Below, piece by piece: positions 41,472 to 52,883 of a stretch of 64,000 bases of DNA. The position numbers and the translations under genes were made by a program. Origin of the DNA: an uncultured delta proteobacterium (lineage in GTDB: Bacteria > Myxococcota_A > Polyangia > Fen-1088). Within the stretch, counting starts at the first letter, position 1. Every line of letters starts with the position of its first letter. The notes beneath the pieces were generated by a model, which searched no databases, had not been told where the DNA came from, and was given only the letters and a program-made list of their open reading frames with translations. The stretch is from positions 1,728,001 through 1,792,000 of the forward strand of contig CAVYGB010000008.1 in assembly GCA_963767925.1 (NCBI GenBank), given 5' to 3'.

Positions 41472-42736
41472 CAGGGCCCCCTTCCCGGCAAACGCGGCAG
41501 GATGCCGGCCCAGACCTGCTCGGCCAGGGCCACCTTGCTGGCGGGGCCGAGGGCGGTGGTGGCGCCGTCGGCGTGCACCAGGGTGACCGCGTTCTCGTCG
41601 CTGCCGAAGCCGAGGCCGGGCTGGCCCACGTCGTTGGCCACCACGAGGTCGCAGCCCTTCTCCCGGAGCTTGGCCGTCGCCCTGGCCACGAGCTGGTCCG
41701 CGGTCAGGCCCGTCTCGGCGGCGAAGCCGACCAGGAAGGGGGTCGCGCCGCGCCGGTGGGCGCCGAGGGTCGCCAGGAGATCCGGATTGGCGACGAGGGC
41801 GAGCGTGAGGCCCTCGGCCGGCGCCCCGGCCCGGGGCGCCCGACGGGCGAGCTTGCCGGGGTGGCGGGCTGCCGGTCGAAAATCGGCGACCGCCGCCGCC
41901 ATCACGACGACGTCGGCCTTCGCGGCGGCGGCCTCCAGCGCGGCCTGCATCTCGAGGGCGCTCTCAACGTCGACGCGCCGGCCGACGCCGGCGGGCGTGG
42001 CCAGGGCCACCGGTCCGGCGATCAGCGTGACGTCGGCGCCCAGGCTGGCGGCCGCGCCGGCCAGCGCGAAGCCCATCTTCCCCGAGGAGCGGTTGCCGAG
42101 AAAGCGGACGTCGTCGACAGCCTCGAAGGTGGGACCCGCGGTGACCACGACCCCCTTGCCGGCGAGCGGGCGCCCGGGCGCCGCCCGACCCAGGATGGCC
42201 TCGGCCTCGGCCACCACCTCGGAGGGGTCCACCAGCCGGCCCGCGCCAATCCACCCGCAGGCCAGCTCGCCCCGGTCCGGTCCGACCGTGCTCACCCGCC
42301 CGGTGCCCACCAGGCGGCGGAGGTTGTCCCTCGTGAGAGGGTGCTCCCACATGTTCACGTTCATGGCCGGCGCCAGGAGGATGGGCGCCCGCGTGGCCAG
42401 CACGACCGCGGCCAGCAGATCGTCGGCCATCCCGGCCGCCATCCGGGCGATGGCATCGGCGGTGGCGGGGGCAATCACGACGAGATCGGCCTCGTCCGCC
42501 AGGCGGATGTGCCCGACGTCGGCCTCCTGAGTGAGGTCGAACAGCTCGCGCGCCACCGGGTGACCGGTGAGGGTCTGCAACGTCAGGGGGGTGATGAATT
42601 CGCACGCCGCCCGCGTCATCACGACGCGCACCTCGGCCCCCGCCTTGCGCAGGAGCCGGCACAGCTCGGCGGCCTTGTAGGCCGAGATGCCCCCCGTGAC
42701 CCCGAGGAGGATGCTCTTTCCAACGAGCGCGGGCAC
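41471..42736 (-). CDS. coaBC: Phosphopantothenoylcysteine decarboxylase/ligase
   Basis: 'GVTGGISAYKA', 'APAMNVNMW', 'TAGPT', 'NRSSGKMG', 'AAVADF', 'GFAAET'. Confidence 0.97.
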   Translation of the reverse strand: MPALVGKSILLGVTGGISAYKAAELCRLLRKAGAEVRVVMTRAACEFITPLTLQTLTGHPVARELFDLTQEADVGHIRLADEADLVVIAPATADAIARMAAGMADDLLAAVVLATRAPILLAPAMNVNMWEHPLTRDNLRRLVGTGRVSTVGPDRGELACGWIGAGRLVDPSEVVAEAEAILGRAAPGRPLAGKGVVVTAGPTFEAVDDVRFLGNRSSGKMGFALAGAAASLGADVTLIAGPVALATPAGVGRRVDVESALEMQAALEAAAAKADVVVMAAAVADFRPAARHPGKLARRAPRAGAPAEGLTLALVANPDLLATLGAHRRGATPFLVGFAAETGLTADQLVARATAKLREKGCDLVVANDVGQPGLGFGSDENAVTLVHADGATTALGPASKVALAEQVWAGILPRLPGRGP

Positions 42737-42787
42737 CGCCTGTCGACTCTAGCAAGGCTCGCGCCCGCCGTCAGCCGGCTGACGGCG

Positions 42788-43464
42788 CTACTGTCGCGCT
42801 TGCCACTCGCCGTACACGCGGGCGGCGCCCATGTGGCGCTGTCGATGCCAGCGCAGGTGAAGCCGCGAGAGCTGGAAGACCAGCTCCCCGCCGGGCGTGC
42901 CCGCGGCCGACCCGGCCTTCAGGAGGGCGAGGACCTGCTCGCGCGCGTCGCGGGGATGAAAGAGGAAGCTCTTGCCAAACAGCACGCCCTGGGCGCTCGC
43001 GACAACCCGGCCCTCCAGGATATCGCCAGCCTGGAAGCCGACTGTGCTGCGTCGCTCGCTCACCGAGAAGCGAGCGCCGCCGATCAGGTCACGAACCGAC
43101 AGCTGCCCCGCCTGGACGGACTCGATCTCGAACAGGCTGCGGTGGCTCGCCACGAGGTGGGCCAGGGCCAGCCGGTCGGCCTGGGGCAACGCCGTCCCCT
43201 CGCTCTCGAGCCAGCGGAGAGCGGGGGTGGCAGTCTGACCGCCGAAGGGGCGCTCGAGCACGTACCACTCGAGGAACGAAGCCATGCGGGCCTCGAACAA
43301 CTCGCCGTCGTCCTCGAAGATGCGACCGGCCTGCGCGAAGTACTCCTCCCGGGCCGAGGCAGCCTCGGCCCCGTGGGGCTCGGCGCCGTAGCGGGTCACC
43401 AGCCGCTCCAGCAGGCCGTAGACCTGACCGGCCTCGGCGGCGGAGCCAGGGGTCTCGAGCGCGC

Positions 43465-43468
<4 letters not shown>
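42788..43468 (-). CDS. Conserved hypothetical protein
   Basis: GTGA overlap with carA stop; '[24 protein letters not shown]' resembles a myxobacterial family. Confidence 0.72.
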
Positions 43469-44653
<1,185 letters not shown>

Positions 44654-44661
<8 letters not shown>

Positions 44662-45954
44662 CGGTCGAGTCCTCCTGGTGCACGATTCGCCCGCCCACGA
44701 TGGTTAACACGGCTCTACCGCGAAAAACACGCCCGGCAAAGGGGCTGTTCCTGGATTTGGAATGGAAACGGGACGGGTCGCAGCTCCAGGTTCGGTTCGG
44801 GTCGATGACGGTGATGTCAGCGGGGGCCCTGGCTGCCAGCGATCCCCCGGGGAGCCCCAGCACCCGGGCGGGGCGCGAGGTCAGCAGGGCGATGAGCGCC
44901 ATCGGCGACAGGAGCTGGCGATGGACCAGGTCCAGGCAGAGCGGGAGGGCGGTCTCGAGCCCCAGCATGCCGAAGGCGGCGTTCTCGAACTCCAGCTCCT
45001 TCTCGACCGAGGAGTGAGGGGCGTGGTCGGTGGCGATGGCGTCCACGGTGCCGTCGGTCAGCCCCTCGCACAGCGCTTCGATGTCGGCCATCGTGCGCAG
45101 GGGCGGGTTGCACTTGGTGAAGGTGTCGTATTCGGCGCAGGCCTGGTCGGTCAGGGTGAGGTGGTGGGGCGTCACCTCGCAGGTGACGGGCAGACCCCGG
45201 CGCTTGGCGTCGCGGACCAGACGCACCGATTCGGCGGCGCTGAGGTGGGCGACGTGGTAGCGGGCGCCCGTCAGCCGGACCAGCTCGAGGTCGCGCGCGA
45301 CCATCGACGTCTCGGCCGCCGCCGGCTGGGCCTTGATGCCCGTGCGGGCCGAGACCGCGCCCTCGTTCATGCTCCCCCCATCGGAGAGCTGCAGGTCTTC
45401 GCAGTGCTGGATCACGGTGAGTCCCAGGCCCCTGGCGTATTCGAGGGCCCGGCGCATGAGGTCGCCGTTGCTGACCGGCCGGCCGTCGTCGGAGACCGCG
45501 ACACAGCCGGCCTCTTTCAGCTCACCCATCTCGGCCAGCGTCTCGCCGTGAAGGCCTCGGGTGATGGCCCCGATCGGGTAGACCCGCGACCGCGCCGACC
45601 TCGCGCGCCCGCCGGACGATCAGCTCGGTCACCGACCGGTTGTCGTTGGGCGGCACGGTGTTGGGCATTGCACACACCGCGGTGAAGCCCCCGGCGGCGG
45701 CCGCGGCCGTGCCGGTGGCGATGTCTTCCTTGTATTCCTGCCCCGGCTCGCGCAGGTGGGTGTGAAGATCGATCAGCCCTGGAACAACCCAGCGGTCCCG
45801 CACGTCGATGCTCACGTATGTCCCCGTTGCTTCCGGCATCGATACCTGGACCGATCGCCTCGATGCGGCCGTCCCGCACGAGCAGGTCCGCTCGTTCATC
45901 GACATTTCGCGCGGGATCGATGACCCGGCCCCCACGCAGACAGATGGCGGACAT
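44654..45954 (-). pseudogene. pyrC: Dihydroorotase, split by two +1 frameshifts (likely sequencing errors or recent lesions)
   Basis: Three frames: '[14 protein letters not shown]', '[19 protein letters not shown]', '[30 protein letters not shown]'; extra bases near 45816 and 45587. Confidence 0.88.
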
Positions 45955-46095
45955 GAAGAGTAGCGATGAATACGGGCGGAGACTTCGCGGTGTCAAGCAC
46001 GGGGTTCGGGGGACCCCGGATTGGACCCCATCCCCTTCGTGCCCGCGGTTTTGCGGCCCAATGTCAGGTGGCCAGCCCGGGCGATCGTGAGCACA

Positions 46096-46542
46096 ATGTC
46101 GCACAGCATGCACATACTCTGTGGGATAGCGCTTCTTGCCACGCTGGCGGTGGGCTGCCGCAAGTCCGCGCCGCCGCCGGCGTTGCCGGACTCGGAGGCG
46201 AAGGCGCTGGCCGCCGCCGATCGACCGCGGACCAAGGAGGCCTGCGTCTCCTGCCAGGGTCGCTGGGGGATCCACGGCCTGGCCGAGGTCGAGACCTGCA
46301 TCTGCAAGACCCGGGATTCGGGGCGAAGCTGCCGGGATGGCGCCGATTGCGAGGGCCAGTGTCTGGCCGAGGCGGGCGGCTTCGTGGTGGTGGAGAAGGG
46401 GCCTCCGGCCAAGGGCTACTTCCGCGGGCACTGCTCCGAGTTCGACACAACCTTCGGCTGCAACCACATGATCCCCGAAGGGGTCAGCAAGAAGGGGCCG
46501 CAGCTCGCCGAGGAGGCCGCCGAGCAGATCTGCATCGACTGA
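46096..46542 (+). CDS. Small Cys-rich lipoprotein
   Basis: Lipobox 'LAVGC'; 'CVSCQGRW..CIC.T.DSG.SC.DGADCEGQC'. Confidence 0.72.
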   Translation: MSHSMHILCGIALLATLAVGCRKSAPPPALPDSEAKALAAADRPRTKEACVSCQGRWGIHGLAEVETCICKTRDSGRSCRDGADCEGQCLAEAGGFVVVEKGPPAKGYFRGHCSEFDTTFGCNHMIPEGVSKKGPQLAEEAAEQICID

Positions 46543-46634
46543 CGCTCCCCTGCGGCCCGGCGCGTCGGCTGCCGGGCGCCGACCGTGCGTGAGTCGGGAA
46601 CCGCGCCCCAGCGGCCGTGTGTAAGGCTGGTGGG

Positions 46635-47213
46635 ATGGCGAACGAGCTGGATGAGCTGACGCTGGCTCGTGCCCGCCGGGGCGAGCCTTCGGCTCTCTCC
46701 GATCTCGTGCGCCGGTACGAAAAGTCGGTGTTCGCGCTGGTGGCCCGCCTGCTGTGCAGCCGGGCCCCGGCCGCGGTCGACGACGTTGCCCAGGAGGTCT
46801 TCATCCGGGTGATCCGCGGCATCCACCGCTTCGATCCGGCCGGCCCGGCCCGGCTGTCGACCTGGATACTCACCGTCACCACCCGCACCTGCCTCAATGC
46901 TATGCGGGGCCAGCGCCACCAGGACACCTGCCTCGATGGCCGGAGCGGCGATGGGCCGGCCCACGACCCGGCCGCCAGCCCCGAGCAGCTGGTGATCGAC
47001 CGCGAGCGGAGCGACCACATCGAATCGGCCATGGCCGCCTTGCCCGCCGAGATGCGGGCGGTCCTCGTCCTGCGCGCCTATCACGACCTCGACTACCCCG
47101 AGATCGCGGCGGCCCTCGAGCTCGAGGTGGGCACGGTGAAGTCGCGGCTGTCGCGCGCCCGGACCGCTCTGCGGGCGGCGCTGGCCCGGAACGAAGAGGA
47201 GCAAAGAACGTGA
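46635..47213 (+). CDS. ECF sigma factor
   Basis: 'DDVAQEVFIRV', 'ARLSTWILTV', 'YPEIAAALELEVGTVKSRLSRAR'; GGAAC..CGTG ECF-like element at 46597-46619. Confidence 0.92.
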   Translation: MANELDELTLARARRGEPSALSDLVRRYEKSVFALVARLLCSRAPAAVDDVAQEVFIRVIRGIHRFDPAGPARLSTWILTVTTRTCLNAMRGQRHQDTCLDGRSGDGPAHDPAASPEQLVIDRERSDHIESAMAALPAEMRAVLVLRAYHDLDYPEIAAALELEVGTVKSRLSRARTALRAALARNEEEQRT

Positions 47214-47563
47214 GCGCGACCCCCCAAGGACCTGACGAGTTCTCCCCGCTCGAGCGCGAGGCCCTCGCGCGCTGGCGAACACCCCTGCCCCCGGCGGACT
47301 TTGCCGCCCGAGTGCTGGCGCGCGTCGCCACCGAATCGGAGCGTACCCCCGCGCCGCGCGGACGCCTGGCGGTTGCCGCCTTCGCCTTGATCGTGATCGG
47401 CGGGGTGCTCTCGGTACGGAGCATGCTGGGCGGCGCTCCGGGGATGCCGATGCAGGAGCTGCCGGGGGGCTTCGACGCCGGCGCCCGGCCGGAGGTCCGC
47501 AGCGACGTCTGGCAGGACCTCCGCGCCGACAAGCTCGACGGGCTGGCGGGAAAATCGTCGTGA
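47210..47563 (+). CDS. Small single-TM putative anti-sigma factor
   Basis: GTGA overlap with sigma gene; 'W..P.PPADFAARVL' followed by one TM. Confidence 0.68.
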   Translation: MSATPQGPDEFSPLEREALARWRTPLPPADFAARVLARVATESERTPAPRGRLAVAAFALIVIGGVLSVRSMLGGAPGMPMQELPGGFDAGARPEVRSDVWQDLRADKLDGLAGKSS

Positions 47564-49704
47564 GCTGCCGGCTGCCGGCGGCGGCGGCCCTGGCCCTGCT
47601 GGCCCTGGGGCTGGTCCTGCCGGGGCTGGGGCGGTTCGGGCTGTGGGAGCCCTGGGAGGTGCAGATCGCGGAGAGCGCGGCTGGCCTCGTCGGGCTCGGT
47701 GGGGGGCCGGGGTCGGCGGGCGGGATCCCGTCGCCGCAGGTGGTCCTGGCGGCGCTCGGCCTGCGCCTGTTCGGGCCGGGAGAGGCGGGCGCCCGGCTCC
47801 CCGGCGCCCTGCTGGCGCTCGCGACCCTCCTCGCTCTCGTCTGGGCGGCCTCGAGCCGGGGGCACCGGGCGGGGCTGACCGCGGGACTCGTGCTGGCATC
47901 AACGCCGCTGTTCCTCCTGCAAGCCCGCCAGCTCACCTCCGACATGGGGCTGCTGCTCGGCTCGGCGGTGGCACTGGGCGCCCTCGGCCGGCTGGCCGAC
48001 CCTGCTCCGGATGCGCGGCCCTGGCTCCCGGCCGCGCTGGCCGCCGCGGGCCTCGGGCTCGCCGGCGCCACCGGCGGCCTGCTGGTCGGGGTGGTGCCGC
48101 CGTGCCTGGCCTTCGGCGCGGCCTGGCTGCTCGGCGGCGGGTATCCCCGGGCGCGGTCGTTCCGGATCCTCGGCATCTCGGTCGCACTGGCCGGGGTGAC
48201 GCTCGCGCTCGCCGCGCTCCTGGCGCCCTACCGCGCCGGACAGTTCTCCGGGCTGCTGGGAGGAGCGCCCCTGTTCGGCCCCTCCGGGCGGACCTTCGAA
48301 TCGGCCTTCCGGGTGCTGGGGTTCGGGCTGTTTCCCTGGAGCGCGCTCGCGCTCTTCGCGGTGCTGGTTCCCCTCACCGAGCTCGAGGTCGACCCACCCG
48401 CCGCGGGCCGACCGGGCCGGGCCGGGCTGTTGCTGCCGGTCTTCTGCGTGGTGTTCGGGGTCGCCTGCGCCACCTTGCAGCAGCACCTCGTCGGCCAGGC
48501 GCGCCTGCCGGTCCTGCCGGCGGTGGCGCTGCTGCTGGGGTGGTGGCTGGCCGGACCGCCCGGGGTCCCCAACCGGGTGCTGGGGCTGGTCGTGGCGGCG
48601 GGGACCGCGCTGGTGGCCCGCGACCTCTGGCACGCGCCCGAGGAGCTCCTGTCGGTGCACCTGCCCGCGAAGATCACCTGGCCTCCTGGCTTCTCGCTGG
48701 GCCCGCTGTTCGCGCTGACCGGCGCCCTGGCTGCCGCCGCCGCCCTGGCCCGTCTGGTCCTGCCGGAGCCCGCGGGACCGGAGCGCTCGAGCCGGCTGGC
48801 GAGCCGGGCCCACCGGCTGGCCGCGCCGGTGCTCCTGGCCAGCGCGATCCTGTTTTCCGCCGGGCTCGCGCTCGGGGTGGTTCCGGCGCTGTCCCGGCAT
48901 CTCTCGCACAAGCGCCAGTACGAGACCTTCCGGGCGATGGCGGGGCCGGGCACGGCGCTGGCCTACTACCGCGTACCTCGATCGGGCGGCGGGCCGTTCG
49001 CCCTGCCCGCCGGGAGCCCGGTGCGCGAGGTCGCGAGCGCGGGCGAGCTGGCGGCTCGCTTCCGGGCCGATCCGGGGCTGTTCGCGCTGGTGCCCCGCCC
49101 GGAGCTGGCCTCGATCGACGACGCCTTCAGGCAGGTGGCCACGCCCTACGCGGTGGTGGACGCCTCCTCCACCCGGGTCCTGCTGCTGGCCGGCCGGCTG
49201 CCCGAAGGGGGGACCGACAAGAACCCCCTCGACGCGGTTCGATTCTTGGCCGCGATCGCGCGGCATCCGCCCTGGCCTCCGGCGAGCCGGCCGGCCTCCG
49301 CCCGGTTCGGCGACGCCATCGAGCTCCAGGGAGCGGACTTTCCCCCGACCGTCCGGCGACCCGGGAGCTTCCCGCTGGTCCTCCATTTCAGGGCGCTGAG
49401 CCGGCCGCCAGCGGGGTACCAGATCTTCGTCCACCTCGAGCAGCGGGGAACGCGCCTGCACGGAGACCACGCCCCCCTGGGAGGCCTCTTGCCCACCGAA
49501 CGCTGGCGGATAGGGGACCACCTGCGCGACGAGCACCGGGTCGTGGTGCCCCTGGTGACGGCCCCGGCGGGCGTCTACACCGTGTACGTCGGGTTCTGGC
49601 CGGGCGGACGCAGCCCCCGGCGGCTGCCGGTGACGGCGGGGACGGCGGGGACGACCAACGACGGCCGCGACCGGGTCGCCCTCGGGACAATACGGGTCGA
49701 GTAG
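47560..49704 (+). CDS. GT-C fold glycosyltransferase (ArnT/PMT, GT39/83-like) with C-terminal beta-sandwich
   Basis: 'GLWEPWE', '[12 protein letters not shown]', 'QARQLTSD', 'GLFPWSAL', many TMs; C-domain 'YQIFVH..GDH.P..W..GD..RD'. Confidence 0.82.
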   Translation: MSCRLPAAAALALLALGLVLPGLGRFGLWEPWEVQIAESAAGLVGLGGGPGSAGGIPSPQVVLAALGLRLFGPGEAGARLPGALLALATLLALVWAASSRGHRAGLTAGLVLASTPLFLLQARQLTSDMGLLLGSAVALGALGRLADPAPDARPWLPAALAAAGLGLAGATGGLLVGVVPPCLAFGAAWLLGGGYPRARSFRILGISVALAGVTLALAALLAPYRAGQFSGLLGGAPLFGPSGRTFESAFRVLGFGLFPWSALALFAVLVPLTELEVDPPAAGRPGRAGLLLPVFCVVFGVACATLQQHLVGQARLPVLPAVALLLGWWLAGPPGVPNRVLGLVVAAGTALVARDLWHAPEELLSVHLPAKITWPPGFSLGPLFALTGALAAAAALARLVLPEPAGPERSSRLASRAHRLAAPVLLASAILFSAGLALGVVPALSRHLSHKRQYETFRAMAGPGTALAYYRVPRSGGGPFALPAGSPVREVASAGELAARFRADPGLFALVPRPELASIDDAFRQVATPYAVVDASSTRVLLLAGRLPEGGTDKNPLDAVRFLAAIARHPPWPPASRPASARFGDAIELQGADFPPTVRRPGSFPLVLHFRALSRPPAGYQIFVHLEQRGTRLHGDHAPLGGLLPTERWRIGDHLRDEHRVVVPLVTAPAGVYTVYVGFWPGGRSPRRLPVTAGTAGTTNDGRDRVALGTIRVE

Positions 49705-49711
49705 CCGGCCC

Positions 49712-50648
49712 TCATTCCTGGTCCTGGCCGCCGCCGAGGAGGTAGAGCACGGCCATCCGGATGGCCACGCCCCGGGCGACCTGTTCCAGGATGACGGCGC
49801 GCGGTCCGTCGGCGATGGCGGGATCGAGCTCGACGCCCCGGTTGATCGGCCCGGGGTGCAGGACGATGGCGTCCGGCTTGGCCAGGCGGAGGCGCCGCTC
49901 GTTCAGACCGAACAGCCGGGAGTATTCCCGCAGGTTGGGGAACCGCGCGGTCTGCTGCCGCTCCTTCTGGATCCGGAGCATCATGACCACGTCGGCCCCC
50001 TCGAGCGCCGGCTCGAGCCGGTCGTGGGCGGTCACCCCCAGCGTCTCGATGCCGACCGGGAGCAGGGTCCGGGGACCCGCCACCCGCACCTGCGGCGCCG
50101 AGCGCCCGCAGGGCATGGATGTTCGATCGGGCCACCCGGCTGTGGGTGATGTCGCCGCAGATGGCGACGACGAGCCCCTCGAACCGACCCTTGTGGGCCC
50201 GGATTGTCGAGCAGTCGAGCAGCGCCTGGGTGGGGTGCTCGTGGGCGCCGTCCCCCGCGTTGACCACCGAGGCCCGGATGTGGCGGGCCAACATGGCGGC
50301 CGCCCCCGCGAAGGCATGACGGATCACCACAACGTCGGGGCTCATGGCGTCGATGTTCCGGGCGGTGTCGAGCAGGGTCTCGCCCTTGGTGGTCGAGCTG
50401 GCCGAGCCAGAGATGTTCACCGCATCGGCCGAGAGGCGCTTGGCCGCGATCTCGAACGAGGTGCGGGTGCGGGTCGAGGGCTCGAGAAAGAGGTTCACAA
50501 CGGTCTTGCCCCGCAGGGTGGGGACCTTCTTGATGGGGCGCGAGGCGATCTCCAGGAAACGTTCGCCGAGGTCCATCACCTTCCGGAGCTCCGCTGCGTC
50601 GAGCCCTTCGGTCCCGAGCAGGTGGCGGTGGGACAGGCCGGCGCTCAT
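49712..50648 (-). pseudogene. pyrB: Aspartate carbamoyltransferase catalytic subunit with one +1 frameshift
   Basis: '[12 protein letters not shown]', 'HPTQALLD', '[12 protein letters not shown]', then 'MLRIQKER', '[10 protein letters not shown]' in another frame; 937 bp = 3n+1; extra base near 50093. Confidence 0.9.
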
Positions 50649-51214
50649 GGCTGGATCCGCTGGCGAACTACCACCCGATCCGGCTCGCCCTTCTCCCGCA
50701 ACATGACCCGCACCGAGTCCCGCTCGGTGGTCTGGACGCGCACCCCGACGTAGTCGGGCTGGATGGGCAGCTCGCGGCGGCCCCTGTCGATCAGGGCGGC
50801 GAGCTGGACCGCCCGCGGGCGGCCGTAGTCGGCCAGGACGTCCATGGCCGCCCGCACGGTGCGGCCGGTGTAGAGGACGTCGTCCACAAGCACGACGGTC
50901 TTGCCGTCGATGGCGAGCGGCAGGTCGGTGGGACCGATCTCGGGCTTGGGCAGGCCCAGGAACACGTCGTCCCGGTAGAGGGTGATGTCGACGGCGCCCA
51001 GGGTGGGCCGGGCCTCCCCGGCCTGCATGAGGAGCTGCACCATGCGTTCGGCCAGGAAGGCGCCGCCCGTGCGGATGCCGACGAAGTAGGCCTCGGCCCC
51101 GTTGCGCTCGAAGATCTCGAAGGCCAGTCGGCGCAGCACGCGCGCCATCCCGACCGCGTCCAGGACCTCCGCTCGCTCGATGAGGTCCTTCTCGTCGGGG
51201 GAGGTCTTCACCAT
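50645..51214 (-). CDS. pyrR: Bifunctional pyr regulator / uracil phosphoribosyltransferase
   Basis: 'GIRTGG', 'DITLYRDD', '[15 protein letters not shown]', '[15 protein letters not shown]'. Confidence 0.95.
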   Translation of the reverse strand: MVKTSPDEKDLIERAEVLDAVGMARVLRRLAFEIFERNGAEAYFVGIRTGGAFLAERMVQLLMQAGEARPTLGAVDITLYRDDVFLGLPKPEIGPTDLPLAIDGKTVVLVDDVLYTGRTVRAAMDVLADYGRPRAVQLAALIDRGRRELPIQPDYVGVRVQTTERDSVRVMLREKGEPDRVVVRQRIQP

Positions 51215-51215
51215 G

Positions 51216-51935
51216 TCAGAAGTAGTAGCGGAGCTGCAGCCTCGTCACGAGGTCCCAGAGCGAGCGCGGCCCGCTGACCCCGAGGTTCCACTTGAGGGCG
51301 GTGGCGTTCGCGACCGGGTTCGGCTTGTTGTCCTTGGTGGCGTAGAGGAAGTTCAGCTCCAGGCCGCTGGACATCGAGACGCTGGCCGCGGGCAGCCCGA
51401 TCATGCCCAGGTGGACCTCACCTTCCACCAGGCCGCGGAGGTTCACGACGAAGCTCTTGCTCCCCTTGCCGCTGGGGAGGAAAAACAGCAGGTCGAGCTG
51501 GGGGGCCAGGCTGACCGCCAGGTGTTTCCAGTTGGCGAGGAGGAAGTTCGCCCCCAGCGTGGGCCCGAAGCCCAGGTAGGTGTCCCAGCTCTTGGTCTCG
51601 CCGGCCATGCGGCTCGAGCCGCCGCCCAGGCCGAGGGCGAGACCCACGGTCCAGGCGTAGTTGGCCTGCGACCAGCGGCGAAGCGACAGGGCATTGAGGT
51701 CCACCAGGCAGGGGTCGCCACAGCCGAGCTCCTGGCCCAGCGTCCGCTGGGCCGAGGTCACCGTGCGGGCCTCGACGCCCCAGGCGCCCACCACGGTGTC
51801 GTGGTCGGTGGCGGCGGCCGCCGGGGCCTGGGCCAGGGCCACACCCGGAAGGGACAAAGCCAGCGTGACCACCACCATCCCACAGAACATTTCGTGAAGG
51901 CGCAGGGAGGTGTGTTCCGGCTTCCGCTTCATCAT
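51216..51935 (-). CDS. Putative small outer-membrane beta-barrel protein
   Basis: Signal peptide ('VALA-Q'), amphipathic strands, C-terminal beta-signal 'LQLRYYF'; start uncertain. Confidence 0.72.
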   Translation of the reverse strand: MMKRKPEHTSLRLHEMFCGMVVVTLALSLPGVALAQAPAAAATDHDTVVGAWGVEARTVTSAQRTLGQELGCGDPCLVDLNALSLRRWSQANYAWTVGLALGLGGGSSRMAGETKSWDTYLGFGPTLGANFLLANWKHLAVSLAPQLDLLFFLPSGKGSKSFVVNLRGLVEGEVHLGMIGLPAASVSMSSGLELNFLYATKDNKPNPVANATALKWNLGVSGPRSLWDLVTRLQLRYYF

Positions 51936-52104
51936 GGGCGAAGGACCTTTCCGCAGGTTCTGAGTTCGGGGTCGAGGGCCGTTTTGGCCGCCGCAGATGA
52001 GGCCCCAGGCCGGGTCCGATGTCAAGGAGCGCAGATCCCGTCACCGCCGGGGCGCGAGCGGGCGTATGATCCAGCAGGAGCGGGCACCATCGCCCCGTCC
52101 GTCC

Positions 52105-52860
52105 ATGTCCACGACCGCCGCCCTGCCCGGCCCCACCGCTGCCATCCTCATCATCGGAGAGGAGATCCTCTCCGGGAAGGTCGAGGAGGAGAACGCCCGC
52201 TACCTCGTCCAGGAGCTGCGGGGGCTGGGGGTTCAGGTCCGGCGCATCGAGTTCCTGCCCGACGTCGAGGGAGAGATCGCCGCCTCGGTGCGAACGCTCT
52301 CGGAGCGCTTCGATCACGTCTTCACCTCGGGCGGGGTCGGCCCCACCCACGACGACGTCACCCTGCCCGCGGTGGCGAGCGCCTTCCAGATGCGGCTGCA
52401 GCGCCACCCCGACCTGGAGATGCTCATCCGCCGGGCGCTGGGGCCGCAGATGCACGATCGCGAGCTGCGCATGGCCGACATCCCCGACGGGGCCCGCCTG
52501 ATCTACGGCGATCCGCCCGATCCAACCCGCTGGCCGGTGGTGGTGGTCCACAACGTCTTCGTGCTGCCCGGCGTCCCCCAGATCTTCCGGCGCAAGTTCG
52601 ACGGCCTGCGTTCGCTGCTCCGCTCCGGTCCCATCTTCACCCGGGCCCTCTACTCCCGGGAGGGCGAGGGGCCCATCGCCGCCGCCCTTGACGAGGTGGT
52701 GGCCGAATTTCCCAGCGTCACGGTCGGCTCTTACCCCCGCCTCGATGCCTCGGACCACAAGGTCAAGATCACCCTCGACGGGCGCGACCTGGCCCTGGTC
52801 GAAAAGGCCCTGGCCCGCCTGAAAGAACGCCTGGGCCCGGCCGTCGTGCGAACCGATTGA
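52105..52860 (+). CDS. CinA-N/MoCF-domain protein (probable nucleotide/FAD pyrophosphatase)
   Basis: 'IIGEEILSGKV', 'TSGGVGPTHDDVT', 'LPGVP', 'GSYP'. Confidence 0.88.
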   Translation: MSTTAALPGPTAAILIIGEEILSGKVEEENARYLVQELRGLGVQVRRIEFLPDVEGEIAASVRTLSERFDHVFTSGGVGPTHDDVTLPAVASAFQMRLQRHPDLEMLIRRALGPQMHDRELRMADIPDGARLIYGDPPDPTRWPVVVVHNVFVLPGVPQIFRRKFDGLRSLLRSGPIFTRALYSREGEGPIAAALDEVVAEFPSVTVGSYPRLDASDHKVKITLDGRDLALVEKALARLKERLGPAVVRTD

Positions 52861-52883
52861 AGTCGGGGTAGAACCCGCCGCCC

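Noticed and set aside
45580..50100. Programmed frameshifting in pyrB/pyrC
   Set aside because: No slippery sequence, stop-adjacent shift site or shared context among the three sites.
51235..51256. PyrR-binding loop (CCTCGTGACGAGGCT on minus strand) upstream of pyrR
   Set aside because: Only the GAGGCU part matches; it lies inside a coding region with no terminator/antiterminator.
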